From NCBI GenBank assembly GCA_015680685.1, contig MNCI01001419.1:92632-156631 (forward strand): a DNA stretch of 64,000 nucleotides. The letters are read 5' to 3'. Below are positions 40,488 to 52,989 of the stretch, piece by piece. The first letter of the stretch is position 1; each line of letters opens with the position of its first letter. The notes beneath the pieces are model-generated. The model saw only the letters and a list, made by a program, of their open reading frames with translations, made no database searches and was not told where the DNA came from. Source of the DNA: Gnetum montanum (taxonomy: Eukaryota > Plantae > Gnetophyta). A program made the translations under genes and the position numbers.

Positions 40488-40968
40488 CTACGGTAAAACT
40501 AAAATACCCTTTAAGAATGAAGAAAAGAAGTTTAAAATTTAAGTTTTTACAACGCGTTGTACATGGAATAAAAGGTTGTACAGGACCGTAGAAACTACAA
40601 ATTACGAAGTCGAGCACCTTTAACATAGCGTATGTAATTTGAAGTGTAAAATATGCATCGTTATGTAACCGGACTGTAATTGGGATCATTCAATCAAAAC
40701 TCAAAGTTTGCGTCTGCAATTTGACTACTAAATCTGTTTTGCTGATATCTTATGTTATTTTATTGTATTATATTATATTCTATTAGGTAGGTACCCATTG
40801 TTTTGCGGTTAAAAATGCTGACCTCTACATCTTGATTGTTTAATTTTTCTGATGTCATTTCATGATTTTTTAAATTCTTTTGCTTTTCACAATAATTTCT
40901 TTGTTCATCAGATATCTCATAGCAAATGTGCATCATGTTTTTTTTTTTTTTTTTAAGGAAATGGTCGA

Positions 40969-41124
40969 NNNNNNNNNNNNNNNNNNNNNNNNNNNNNNNN
41001 NNNNNNNNNNNNNNNNNNNNNNNNNNNNNNNNNNNNNNNNNNNNNNNNNNNNNNNNNNNNNNNNNNNNNNNNNNNNNNNNNNNNNNNNNNNNNNNNNNNN
41101 NNNNNNNNNNNNNNNNNNNNNNNN
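40969..41124. other. Assembly gap
   Basis: N run. Confidence 1.
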
Positions 41125-41212
41125 GAAAGAGACAGAGACAGAAAGAAAAACAGCGACAGAAAAAACACAGCTAAGGCCAGTCCCGCAGCAACACAGAAAC
41201 CCGACAACCCAG

Positions 41213-44200
41213 CTACCCGCGGGGTTGCTGCTCACCGGCATCTCCCTGCTCAGCCGGCCGCGCAGCGAGGCGGCGCCGATTCTCCGCAATCAGCTGGGCG
41301 ATTCCCGTCCTGCAGTTCTGCAGGATGCCCGCAAACCAGAGCTGTGATGGTTGAGGACGAGGGGTTGATGTCTGAATCTTCGTGTTGTTAGGCAAGACAT
41401 CTGGCGGGTCCTTCACTCGAGGCGGCCGGGGACGATGCTGATCCTGATCAACGTCCGGGCATTGGACGTGCGGCTGCGTGTTTGCCCCCAAGGTAGTTGG
41501 GTTGCCCCGTGCCTGCCTCATCGTGCCCTTAGCCAACCCCTCCGGGACATGGTTCTGTCTTCCACTGGCCCCGGCGACCGTCGGGGGGGGTGTGCCCCGC
41601 GCAGAGTCCGGATCCCTTCTGGGCCAGGCCATAGAGGTGCTCCCATCCTTCGCGATCGTAATCTCCTGCCAAAGCTTCCTGAACCTGGCACATAATATAG
41701 CCGGCGGGGGGCAGGCCATGTCTTTGAAGACGTAATCATTTCGGGCCTTCCACAGAATCCAAAGAGCGGTGAGGGTTGGCGAGTTCCCGGAAATCTTGAT
41801 GGGGCACAAACCACACATGTGCCAAAATTGCCGGGTGATGAGACACTCCTGCATGAAATGCTGTAGCGTCTCATCAGCATGATTGCACAGGGGGCAATGT
41901 GGACTAATCCCCAGGCCCCTGCACTGCAAGAACGTCCGGACAGGAAGGGCCTTGTGGAGGATCAGCCACCCGAACACCTTGATCTTCTCCGGGATTGCGC
42001 CCCGCCAGAGTAGCCTCCAGCGCGAGTCCGATGGGAACCGTGCCCTGAGGTGCTGCCGGGGATGAAGGGGATCATCGGCACCCCCCAACGCGGCCACCTG
42101 AGCACAAAGCTGCTTCCAAACGTGCGAGTCCAAACCAGTAGCCCTCCATGGCCGATACTTCCGCCACAGAAGCTGTGCCCACGTGGAGGGGTCCTCCTGC
42201 GTGGTGAAGAGCCTCCAAATCAAGCGCTGCCGCCCTAACACCACCTCCTCCTGGAAGGGGAGAATGCCGACCCCCCCGCCTCGCGAGGCCGCGCAGTGGT
42301 GGCCCAATCCACCAAGTGCATCTTCTTTGCCCCCTTCCCGCTCGACCACACGAAGTTATGCAGGATCATGTCAATCTTCGTGACGACGCCGACTGACAGG
42401 GAGGCGATCGAAGCCCCGAATCTGGCCATTTCCCCCAGCACTGCGGTTGCCAGCACGATCTTTCCCTTACGGGAGAGGAATTGATTCGTCCAATGGACCG
42501 TACGCTGCTGGATCCGCATCAGTAAAGCCTGCCACATTTACCTTCTATGCCAGTTGTGGATGGGGATGCCCAAAACTTGTCCCCCGCCTCCCCTGGCATA
42601 ATCCCCAGGATTTGAATAATCCTGCTGCGCACCGTCGGGTGGGTGTGTGTGAAGTCAAATTGTCTAAGGACAAGTTTACGCTCTATCACGCACGGCAGCG
42701 TGATGAGCGTAATAAGCTCCGAAGACAAGTCAAATTGTCTAAGGACAAGTTTACGCTCTATCACGCACAGCAGCGTGATGAGCGTAATAAGCTCCACGAC
42801 AGTTAAACAAAATCCATGGAAACACGACAGGTTGGCACTTGTTCTTGCAACGCTCAGCTGATCTTTACGCGTGTTACGCAATGATGCGTGCTCGTGCGTA
42901 GGTCAGAATGCAACAACGCGCGCGTTACGCTTCGTCACGCACAGCTGCGTGATGAGCGTAAGTTACACTGACCATACTCCACCACTTGTAGCTGCGTGGA
43001 GTATGCTACATTTACGCTACGTTACGCACAGTTGCGTGATGAGCGTACAACAATCTTGAGCGTGTTGTTGCTACGACAAAGTGCGCTCATACACGCAACT
43101 CAACGCGAATGAGTGCAAACGCAGCCGAGACATGTCCATCATGAGCCTGCTCTTTACACGCACAGCACGCGAACAAGCGTGTTGTGCGTAGTCGCAGTTC
43201 GACTTAAAAGAATCGCATCGGCGAAACCCGCGATATTCGGGCCCACATCATCAGGGTTGCACGTGTCGTGGTCTATAAAGGGGATTTTGACTTTTGACAA
43301 ATATACGGGGAGCACTTTTGACAGAGATCAAGAGGACAAGAGCATTTTCTGAGCAAGGGAAACTTATCACCCTGAAACAGAGAAACAAGAGCAACCTCTT
43401 GGCCGCAGACATCACTCTTCAGCAGCAACAGAACACAGCACGCAGGAGCTCCTAGCAGCAGATCTATCTGAAGCCGAGAAGCGGAACAGAAATTGCTTGA
43501 CCATTTCTGCATCTAGGCCTTGGTCCAAAAGGTAGATCCGTTGTTCTATCCAGACAGTTTTCTTGCTGTTTTGTGCTCATCTTTGTACTCAGTTTGTTGG
43601 GAATTTCCTCCCATTATAACATTGTATACATCCAATCATATATTCCATTTGGCATTGGAACATAGATCTTTGATCTTCGTAAATTGCACGATTTTCTGCT
43701 CCCGATTTGCATCTTCTCGGTATTTCGGCGTCATCTTCGCGGTAGTCCACATACATCGTTATCCCACCTTTTTGCGGTCGATCCACAATTATCATCGCTT
43801 TTACTGACCCGTAAGTCCCTGTCTGATCGACAAGACCGTTCAGGGCACCGCGGATTCGTTTTTCCAGCTTAGCCCTCGCGCGGATCCGTGGTTAAGGCTG
43901 TGTACACGGAACTTCGGTCGGTATTTCCAGCTGCCGACGTTTTCCGTCGTTACACCCCAGCACTGCGGTTGCCAGCACGATCTTTCCCTTACGGGAGAGG
44001 AATTGATTCGTCCAATGGACCGTACGCTGCTGGATCCGCATCAGTAAAGCCTGCCACGTTTACCTTCTATGCCAGTTGTGGATGGGGATGCCCAAAACTT
44101 GTCCCCCGCCTCCCCTGGCATAATCCCCAGGATTTGAATAATCCTGCTGCGCACCGTCGGGTGGGTGTGTGTGAAGTACAGCGACGACTTCCCCGCATTT

Positions 44201-46485
44201 ATCTGCAGCCCCACCTCCTGCTGGAACCGGTCAAGTGCCCTCATCAACGCCTTGACCTGCAGCACAGCAGCCCTGACAAAGATCATGGTGTCGTTCGCGT
44301 AGTGAGCGGTGAGGCAACGCACACCATGCACGTCAAGACCCTGGACACCTGCATCCATACAATAATTTTGCAGGAGATCCATCAACATAAGAAAGAGGAG
44401 GGGGGAGAGGGGGTCGCCCTGTCGCAATCCGCGGCCAGTCCCCTGGAAACCCCTCAAGATCCCATCAATATCCAGGGAGTAACGTCCACTCCTTTGCATC
44501 TGTAGGCAAAGCTCCACAAAGTCACTATCCAACCCTTTAGCAAGCAGCACCGTCTGCAGGGCTGCCCAGCTAACGGAGTCATAGGCCTTCGCGATGTCGA
44601 GCTTGATGCAGAGGCCTGGATATTTTGCGAGACGAAGAGAGTGCTGGATTTCCTGCAGTAACAACACCTGATCTTGAAGGTGGCGGTCCTTAATAAACGT
44701 AGCCTGATTCTTCCCCACCAACCGTGGCATGAGGGGGTGCAATCTGGTAACGAGCATACGGGAGAATAGCCGAAGGAGTGAGTTGCAAACCCCAATGGGC
44801 CGAAAATGCCCCGGTTAAGTGGGCGTCTCGATTTTTGGCATAAGGACCACGCGGGAGCAGTTTATTTCTTTGCGGACCTGCCTCCAGACTAGCATGTGGT
44901 TAAAAGCATCAAGAAGGTTCGCGCCCAGCACCTCTTCATACTCGCGAAAGAATTCAATGGGCCAACCATCAGGCCCAGGCACCTTGTTCGCCTACATCTC
45001 TTTCAACGTGGCGAGAAGCTCCTGACGGGAAAAGGGGGCTAACAGTCATGCGTTTTCTGTTTGGGTCACCACCTGCAGAATGGGCACAGAAATCGAGTTA
45101 GTGGCCTACCACGCGCCCAAACCTGCTGCCAGTAGCACTGCAGCCCATCCACTCAGGACTGAGAGGGCGTCTGCTCATCCAAGAACCGTTGCAGAGGGCG
45201 TTGGTGTTTTCTGCGATGCTCCACCGCCTGTGCAAAAAAGAACTTCGTATGTCTATCCCCCGATTGCAGCCACTGGATCCGAGTCCTCTGTCGCCAATAT
45301 TCTTCCTCATCCTGATGCAGCTCCTGCAATCGCATCAGGAGGACGAGCTCATTGTGACTCGTATCGGCGTTCTGTTCTTGTTTGGCCTGTATCTCCCCTA
45401 ATCGCGTTTGAATCCGCCCACGCTGTTCGCAAAAACTATATTTTCCATCCTTCGGGAGGCTTTTGATTTTTTTTCAGTAGCTGTAAACCCTGCTTTAAAA
45501 ATTCGCGTGGGTCCTCCTACCGCGTCATCCGCTGCTCCTGCCACATCGTGCGTTGTGCCTGGCCCCTCGAGTGCTGCGCCTGCCGCCTCGTGTGCTGCGC
45601 CTGCCCCCACGAGTGCTGCGCCTATCCCCTCGAGCGCTGTACCTGCCGCCTCGTGTGCTGCGCCAGCTACGTCGTGGGCTGCGCCTGCCTCGCGTGTGTC
45701 GCTCCAGCCGTGCCCTTGTAGCTGGCCCAAATTTCCCAAACCATCCCATCCAGCCACGTTTTTCAAAGCCACGAGTGCTCAAAACGGAACGGTCGAGGGC
45801 ACTGCGCCGCGTGTCTGTCCACTTGGCAGAAAATAGCCTGGTGATCCGAAGCCATTCTGACTCCACCATACGCGTGCACGTCCCATTCAGTGAGCAGCGA
45901 TAGGCTAACCCAGGCCCGATCAATCCGGGACTGAACCCATGCAGCACCATGACGCCGGTTGCACCAGGTATACCGGCAGCCCGCGAGCTCCAGGTCAGTG
46001 AGGGCCTTCCTCTGCAGCAACGCGTGAAAATCGGCTACCCCCGAGGGCTCCGTCATGGACTCTCCAGTCTTCTCCCAGCTGTACAATCGTTGATTAAAAT
46101 CTCCAATTAGCAACCATCCTGCGTCCTCTGGCACCAGGCCAGCCATGCGTTCCAGTTCCTGCAACCATGCCTTCCACCCTTGGGCACCATACACATTGGT
46201 GATCCAGACGTCCAGCCTGGGTAGGTGAACCATGACGCACCAATCAGACGTATCCCGAACGAATGAGACCTCCTTAGTGAGGACTGCAAGGCCTCCTGCA
46301 CGTCCCCGGCTCGGTACCAGATGACAGTGCCACCCCGGCCATTTCAGCATCTGGGCCTCCGACTGCTGGATTTTGGTTTCCTGTAAGCATACTACATCAC
46401 ACCTCTCGTCTATCACCATGCATCGCAGGGTATGGTGTTTGTACGGGGTACCCTAGCCCTGGCAATTCCATGAGAGCACCTTCAT
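41213..46485 (-). pseudogene. L1 ORF2 (APE endonuclease, reverse transcriptase, zf-RVT), disrupted
   Basis: MKVLSWNCQG*, CLQETK, IGDFNQ, SRIDR, SDH; KLDIAKAYDSV, GLRQGDPLSPLLF, HYAND; KIKVFGWL...CPLC...ETLQHF..EC. Disrupted by stops, frameshifts and an LTR-fragment insertion. Confidence 0.92.
42656..43954 (+). mobile_element. 5'-truncated young LTR (about 1.3 kb) inserted in the L1 RT region
   Basis: Non-coding and CpG-rich, with TATAAAG at about 43274 and an LTR-like CGTTACA 3' terminus. No TG start. Flanked by a 223-bp duplication of L1 sequence (42433-42655, 43955-44177). Confidence 0.7.
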
Positions 46486-47873
46486 GGTGACAGGTGTTGT
46501 TGATATACCTCCTGGAGTGTGGGCTATACGCCAAAATCAACAAAGAGTTGCGCGGCCTTGTGTCGCCAGGTGCTATGCACTGGTCTGCCCACCGTGCCCT
46601 CTGGCAGAAGCCTCGCAAACCCCCCTTCACTCTGTAGCCCGTTTTCCACCAGAGGGGAGTGAGACCGGGCTGTCCCGCGTCTCGTATTTATCCAGTCCAT
46701 TACTGGAGGAGGCGACAGAGCCCCCTTGCCCGGACCACCTCCCGCGAAGAGCAGCAGCTGCTGTTCTAAACTGGGCGGTTTTCCCCCTCCAACCAAAGCC
46801 TGCAGGTAAGGTGCGGGAGTGGCCTCCCTTGACGCCCCTGCTAGACCCTTCTCGTGCCCCGTCACGGCAGCCTGCACCGCCGGCTGCTCTAGGCCGATGT
46901 GCATCCCACCGTGCGCTACCGTACGTGCCCGAGTCCTCCCTGCATATGGAGGGCCATTCCTGTGCTCGCCTCCCTGACCACGTCCTCTCGGACCAACAAT
47001 GTGCCAACCCCCCTCTAGGCTCTGAGTCTGATTCGCCCTGGCCAGGCCACCCCCTAGGATAGCCCGAGGCTGCCGCTGATTTTTGAAATGGATACGGATC
47101 CGCTACTCCCCAGCCTCAGAATCCAACACCAGCGCCTCAACCTGTGTCTGCACCTGCAGTGGTCTCCAAACACAGAACCGGGCGTAGCCCATGTGTTCCA
47201 TGTTCTCGGTAAAGCTGTCAAACTTGATAAACTCCCCCACCGCCTGTGCACATGAGCGTAGCACCTCGAGGGACCAATATTCAAGTGGTAAATCATACAA
47301 GTGGACCCATACCGGAGCCCTAGCGAACAGATTTGGGTCACGGTGAGCGCCCGGGCGCCAGGGAGCCAGGGCTAGGCCCCGGGCCTCGTAAAACCAAGGC
47401 CCTCCCACCAGAACCTTTTCGCGGTCTGCCAGGGAGTTGAAACCAAATAGGAGACGGTCATCTGCGAGGCACTTGACCATCACCGAGTCCAACTCCCAAG
47501 CAGCCCGAGCCCAACGACAAATCAAGTCCAGTCGAGGCCGTATCCCTTCAGAAACAAACTTACCGATTAAACTTCGAGCCAAATTATCCAGCGCAGCGCT
47601 ATCTGGGCCCTGGACTTTGAGCCTTATCTCAAGCCTTTCAGTAGTGGTCTGCTGCTCAGCAGCTTGCTGTGCGTCGGCAGCGTGGGCCTGCTTGTCAACA
47701 TTGGCGCCCAAGCCTGGTTGGCCTTGTGCTGAACCCACCGCGCCATGTGCTTAACCCTCCGCGCCGTGTGCAGCACCTACCCCGCCTTGTGCTGCCCCTG
47801 TCCCGCCGTTTGTTAAACCTGTCGTGGTGCGTGCGGCTCCTGCCTTGGTGTGGGTTGCACCTACCATGCTCAT
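46486..47873 (-). pseudogene. L1 ORF1 (DUF4283-like), disrupted
   Basis: SLIGKF...LLFGFNSLADREKVLVGGPWF...PVWVHLYDLPLEYWS...GYARFCV, with in-frame stops. 3' boundary approximate. Confidence 0.85.
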
Positions 47874-50800
47874 ACTTTGAGATTGTTAGACATGTTAGTC
47901 AATGTGCATCATGTTTAACTTAATACATAATTTAGGTTAAAAGATTCATTTTGTTTGAATGAAATTCAAGGATGGAAGAACAGTGTTTTCTTTGAATATT
48001 CATTAACAATTAAAGTGGTATTTGCTGCTTAACATAAATATAAAGGATATACAAATCATCATCTTCTAAAGATTAAAGAAATTTCAAAATGGAGATTTGA
48101 TCTTATTATAGGTCAAATTTATCTTTAAGTTTCTTGATGTTACTAGAGTATTCTAAGTTGGTGGCATATTTTTTTGAACTTTCAAGATTCCCGGAAAATT
48201 TTTCTAGTTTTGTGAATGTGGTATGTTAGAATTTTAATTGGATAACTTTAAGTATCAAATTCATAGAACTATCATACTCACAACATGGACAAGTTTGCAT
48301 CAACCATCATTTTTTGTTTTTGTTTTTTAATACTTTTTAAAAAATTTTTAAGAAAATGTTCTCAATGATCAAAGTTCCAGAAATACATCAAAACAAAAGG
48401 CATCCCAAAAGGGTGAAGATCAAACCATGGAGGGCATAAACACTTCTAAATGAACATAAACAAACATGGCAAAGCAAAATCATTGAAATGCTAACCAAAT
48501 ATCTGTTTAGTAGCATGCTATTAATTAATTTATTAGAAAGCAACTACTTTATTGGATAGGATTTATTGGAAAGCAGGTAGTTATTGTTATTCATACAACT
48601 AGAAATATATAACTAAAAACCAAATAAAAAGATATAACTAAAAAGCTAAAATAAGTGGAGGCAATAGGCTATGTGGATGGATGAGAAAACCTTTATTTAA
48701 TGACTCAGGTAGGGCAGGCAAAACACACTATGTATACTTCACTAGATGGGGGCAAAAACATAGCATGTCACAACAAAATTTATTCAAGGCATCACCAAAA
48801 CACACGTGCTACTAGGTGTGGGGTAGTCTAGCCTATGATTTAGTCTTTAATGAATGACCAAGGATGTTACAGAAGGAGGAGCAGGAATAGCCTATATACA
48901 TATATAGCTAGTATAGTATAGTATATATAACCATGACATATATTTTTACACAACCAAAGCATGCATGGATATAGGCTCATTCTCTTACTCATGTATGAGG
49001 TAGATAGGGTATAGGCTTACACTCTTAGGTAGACTCCTTGCACAACAATCTAGTGGCAAATGATTGTAGTCATAATCTAGGGGATACTATGTAGTTGGCT
49101 AGTCTATAAGTGTCCATCACATAAAAATGTTTACTAGCATATGAGGAGCTATAACCATCAAACCATTAGGCTCAACCACAAGTGAGGTTAGTAGCATTTA
49201 AGTAACAAGGTTGCGAGCAATGTTGTCTTCTTATCTACAGTGCACTAGTACTAGTAGTGCCCTTTGGCATTGTCAAAAATACAAGACACGAACATAGTAA
49301 GTGGCAGAGTTGGAAACAACTTCTTTATTACCTCATATGGTGGAGTAGGAACTACTTCTTTGTTACCCCATGGCAGGACCAATGAAGAAACCAAAAATAC
49401 ATGTAGGGATTGAAACCAAAATATATAGAAAAGAGAGAAAAGAAAGAAAAAAGGATGGAACAAAAAGGCATAGGTAAACCTAAAGAAAAAAACTAGGATA
49501 GAAGCAACATAAAATACAAAGGAAGAGGTTGTAGCAGCTATCTTAAAAATTTTATATTATATTTTATTATTAGTTTACAAATTTAATTTAATATTTATAC
49601 ATTAAGGTTGATCTATATTTTATTAGATCTTGAGACTTATAATTTAATTAAATATTTACATATAAATTGTCATAGTAATTGTAATAAATAATGATGATGA
49701 TGTGAAAGTTAGTGAGTATATTTAATCTACTAAATAATATGAAAATGGTATTATAGTTCATTTGCACATTGATTTTCATTGTGAGAAATGTAGCGAATCC
49801 AATTTGAAGTGTGAATTAGTGATGCCTTTGTTATTCTTTGTTTACTTCTTTGCATCATATTTAGAGGTATGCATCTAAGTTTTATCAATTATTTCTTCAC
49901 ACTATTGCAACTATTATGCAGTGTTTAACTTTAATTTGAACATTTTTTTTGATGATTTTATCANTTGAAGATTAAGAGATCATCTTGTTTAAGTTTAAAG
50001 ATTTGTAGTTATAAGTGTGGAGTACTTTGAAGATGGCTAGTGATATTTTTCTAAGCTTCAGGTAGTAAAATAGACAAGAATTACTTCCTTTATGGCCTCG
50101 TATCAAGATTTATAAAAAATTGCTAAAGAGCATATGGNCGAAGCAAGTTTCACCATAGTCTAGGAAAATAAAGTATATAGTTGAAACAAAGTCCTCATCA
50201 TCTAAAAGAACTCTATCTCCACCTCTTGTATAATAGATTNTAGAAACTAACAAATTCATTATTGAAAAAATTTTAGAGGTATAAAAAAATATTATAGTGA
50301 GATTAANTATTTTTGTTTCTTATTGCATTTCCCCTAACACCAAAGCCTTATGGGGTGGTTCATCCTTTGCCATAGTGAAGAAGGAAACCGTAAAGAAAAT
50401 AGATCTACACTTAGCTCTTATGGTTCACTGTAAGGTAGTTGCAAATAAATCACTATGATTTGAATTGTATATGAATAAACATGAGTACTCCAAATACCTA
50501 TCTTTTCAAGCTAGCATCTACTTTTACTACTATGAAATGTTCTTGGTAAATNCTTTACCTTTACAGGTATATGAAAGGCATGAATCTATAGTGGGGACTT
50601 ATATATTATCAAGAAGTGGAATAAAAGAGTTTACATTAGAAGGTGTTATTTTTCGAAATTGTTAAACTTTAAGTTAAATTTCCTTAAGAAAAAATAATAA
50701 GGAACTCTATTTATTTAATTGCTTATCTATAAATTTAATGTTTTATTTTAGACATTCATGTTATGATGAAGAAGTTTATTTAATTTTTTTAGNCAGTCTA

Positions 50801-51557
50801 AGAAAATATGGTTTTTTACATAGTTGTAGAAAATATTATCATAGTTTTGCTTCCATATTATAAAATCTAAGTTCATAGTGAAAGAGCCTTTATACCCCAA
50901 TAATGTATTTGTAAAATGGTTCAATTTAAAAGATCTATGAGAGAAATTAGTAAGATCTATCATGGAGAGAGTTTACCCAGGTTTCCTAAAGTAGCCCTAC
51001 TTAGGCCTTGTAGTAGTCATTTAGTGTAAGATCTTCACCAAAAATAGAAAGAACAAAATTAGTTTTTGAATGTTGAACTTATTATATGTAGTGGTGAAGA
51101 AGAATCTCATCATATATGGGATATTTGTTGTGAATCTTTACAACAATATGTCATACTAATGTTTCTTCATCAATCCTTACCTTTCCTATAGATATTTACT
51201 ACCTACTTTTGTCAAGGCTTTTGAAAAAAATAACGTAAATGAAATCATGATATTGATAACAAGTAATAAAAACTGTGAATTAGACTAGATACCATTTATT
51301 AAAGCATTTGAGAAGTCCAAATATACCATCATAAAAATTCCAAAAATAAAATAGTCAATGAAGATGCAAATGAAAGGATGGTTTACTCTCTATGATAATC
51401 AATTGACACTACAAATGGTGAAGCTAATTCAACAATACCACTGGTTCCAATATGAAGTAACATATTATCAAGCTATCATATTATTTTTAAAAACCAACAT
51501 TAATAAGTCACTTTTAAGAAGTCATTGTTCATGAAGTTTTAATCAAANGCATAACTA

Positions 51558-52989
51558 GCACAGGCAACGGACCTCGCAGACCCTCATTGCAAAAATCCAG
51601 AAACGTGCGGCCCACTGGACAAATAAATTCCTGTCCCGCAAGGGGAAGATGGTGCTGGCGTGTGCTGTGCTGGGGGCCATGGCGAGGTTTGTTGCCTCGA
51701 TGGCCTCCCCCCCTTGGAGCCATTGCCAAGATTGACCAGATTATCCACGATTTTGTCTGGTCTGGCAGGAAGGGGGCTAAGAAGTTACACCTCCTGGCTT
51801 GGTCCAAAATCGCGCGGCCCCGGTACGCCGGCGGTATTGGCCTCCTCCCCTTCGCTCTGGAGGTTGCCCTGGGGCGTCATAAACTCCTGCAGCGCCTGGT
51901 CACTGACAACGATGACCCCTCCCTCTAGGTCCAAATCCTGCGAAAGAAGTACAGCCCCTGGATGGTGACCACCTCTGACTCCCACACTTGGAGGCAACTC
52001 TGCGCGCAGGTGGGATCGATGGACAGCGCGGATGGAATCCACCTGCACCCACATCAGCTCCTGCAGAAGCTGTTCCCAGCCGATCCGCGCTGGATGCGAC
52101 TGTGGAAGGGTATCCTCCCTGAAAAGATCAAAACCTTCGGGTGGCTGATCCTCCACCAGGCCCTCCCGGTTCGCGCGGTTCTGAAGTCCAGGGGCATGGG
52201 CNNNNNNNNNNNNNNNNNNNNNNNNNNNNNNNNNNNNNNNNNNNNNNNNNNNNNNNNNNNNNNNNNNNNNNNNNNNNNNNNNNNNNNNNNNNNNNNNNNN
52301 NNNNNNNNNNNNNNNNNNNNNNNNNNNNNNNNNNNNNNNNNNNNNNNNNNNNNNNNNNNNNNNNNNNNNNNNNNNNNNNNNNNNNTGGATGAGAGACAGG
52401 AGGTTACTGCTGAAAGCAATGACCTACGGGGGAAACGAACGCCGAACCCACCTCTGCAGGCCTGGAAGACAAGCACCCCCAACCGCAGAACCGGCATTGC
52501 CCAAATTATCGAAGAATTCAGACGCCGCAGGGAGGAAGGGCCGGGACAGCCCAGCAAGAATTAAGTCCAGGTTACCGCCCCATGGTTGGTGGCTGACGCT
52601 GGTTGAAGAAGTGTCAGGGGCGAGGTCTACAGTCTGCGCAGTGTGGGTGGGCAGTCTCTCGTGGGTTGTCTGGGCGCCATGGGTGGAGTCTTTCTTGACG
52701 GGCAAATTTGGGTGGTCCTTTTTTCCTGCAGATTGGGTGGTCCTTTTGGCTGCAGATTGGGCGGTCTTTCTTGACGGGAAATTTTGGGTGGTCCTTTTTC
52801 CTGCAGCTTGGGTGGTCCTTTTGGCTGCAGATTGGGTGGCCCTTTTGGCTGCAGATTGATCTTGGTGGGGATTTTCCTGTCCGGTGGGGCCAGCAGCCCT
52901 GGCCCACGCTGTACCCATGTATAGCTTCTCCTTTTTTGATAATTAATATAGCCTGACCTTTATCAAAAAAAAATAAAAAAATAAAAAAA
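51558..52989 (+). mobile_element. 5'-truncated L1 LINE related to the 40938-47900 element
   Basis: KIDQIIHDFVWSGRKGAKKLHLLAWSKIARPRYAGGIGLLP; LPEKIKTFGWLILHQALPVR; ORF end RTGIAQIIEEFRRR; A-rich tail 52965-52989; gap 52202-52385; no TSD found. Confidence 0.9.
52202..52385. other. Assembly gap
   Basis: N run. Confidence 1.

Larger units (their letters stand above)
40938..47900 (-). mobile_element. Young near full-length L1-clade LINE
   Basis: Poly(A) tail (T-run 40938-40954); TSD AATGTGCATCATG(TTT) at 40925 and 47901; ORF1 and ORF2 present; GC-rich with CpG retained. Confidence 0.95.

Noticed and set aside
40488-40591. Second Jas-like exon (YPLRMKKRSLKFKFLQR)
   Set aside because: Motif spacing is off and the basic tail is missing; could be chance in A-rich sequence. 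Needs RNA-seq.
42675-43180. CRISPR array, hammerhead retrozyme or C/D snoRNA cluster
   Set aside because: Eukaryotic LTR context, no cas genes, variable spacers and diverged repeats. The motif is GTGATGAG paired within the stem, not the CTGATGA...GAAA hammerhead core, and there is no consistent D box.
45408-45950. Long Ala/Pro- or Arg-rich ORFs
   Set aside because: Alternative-frame and antisense readings of the 21-bp repeat in GC-rich L1 sequence.
48640-49275. Possible solo LTR ending TGTCA
   Set aside because: Weak resemblance to the Athila-type LTRs; no 5' end or TSD could be fixed.
49500-51550. Degenerate coding-like AT-rich sequence
   Set aside because: No motif could be recognised by eye; needs a translated profile search.
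52389-52956. Several overlapping ORFs on both strands
   Set aside because: Produced by the L1 3' UTR minisatellite, which lacks stop codons.
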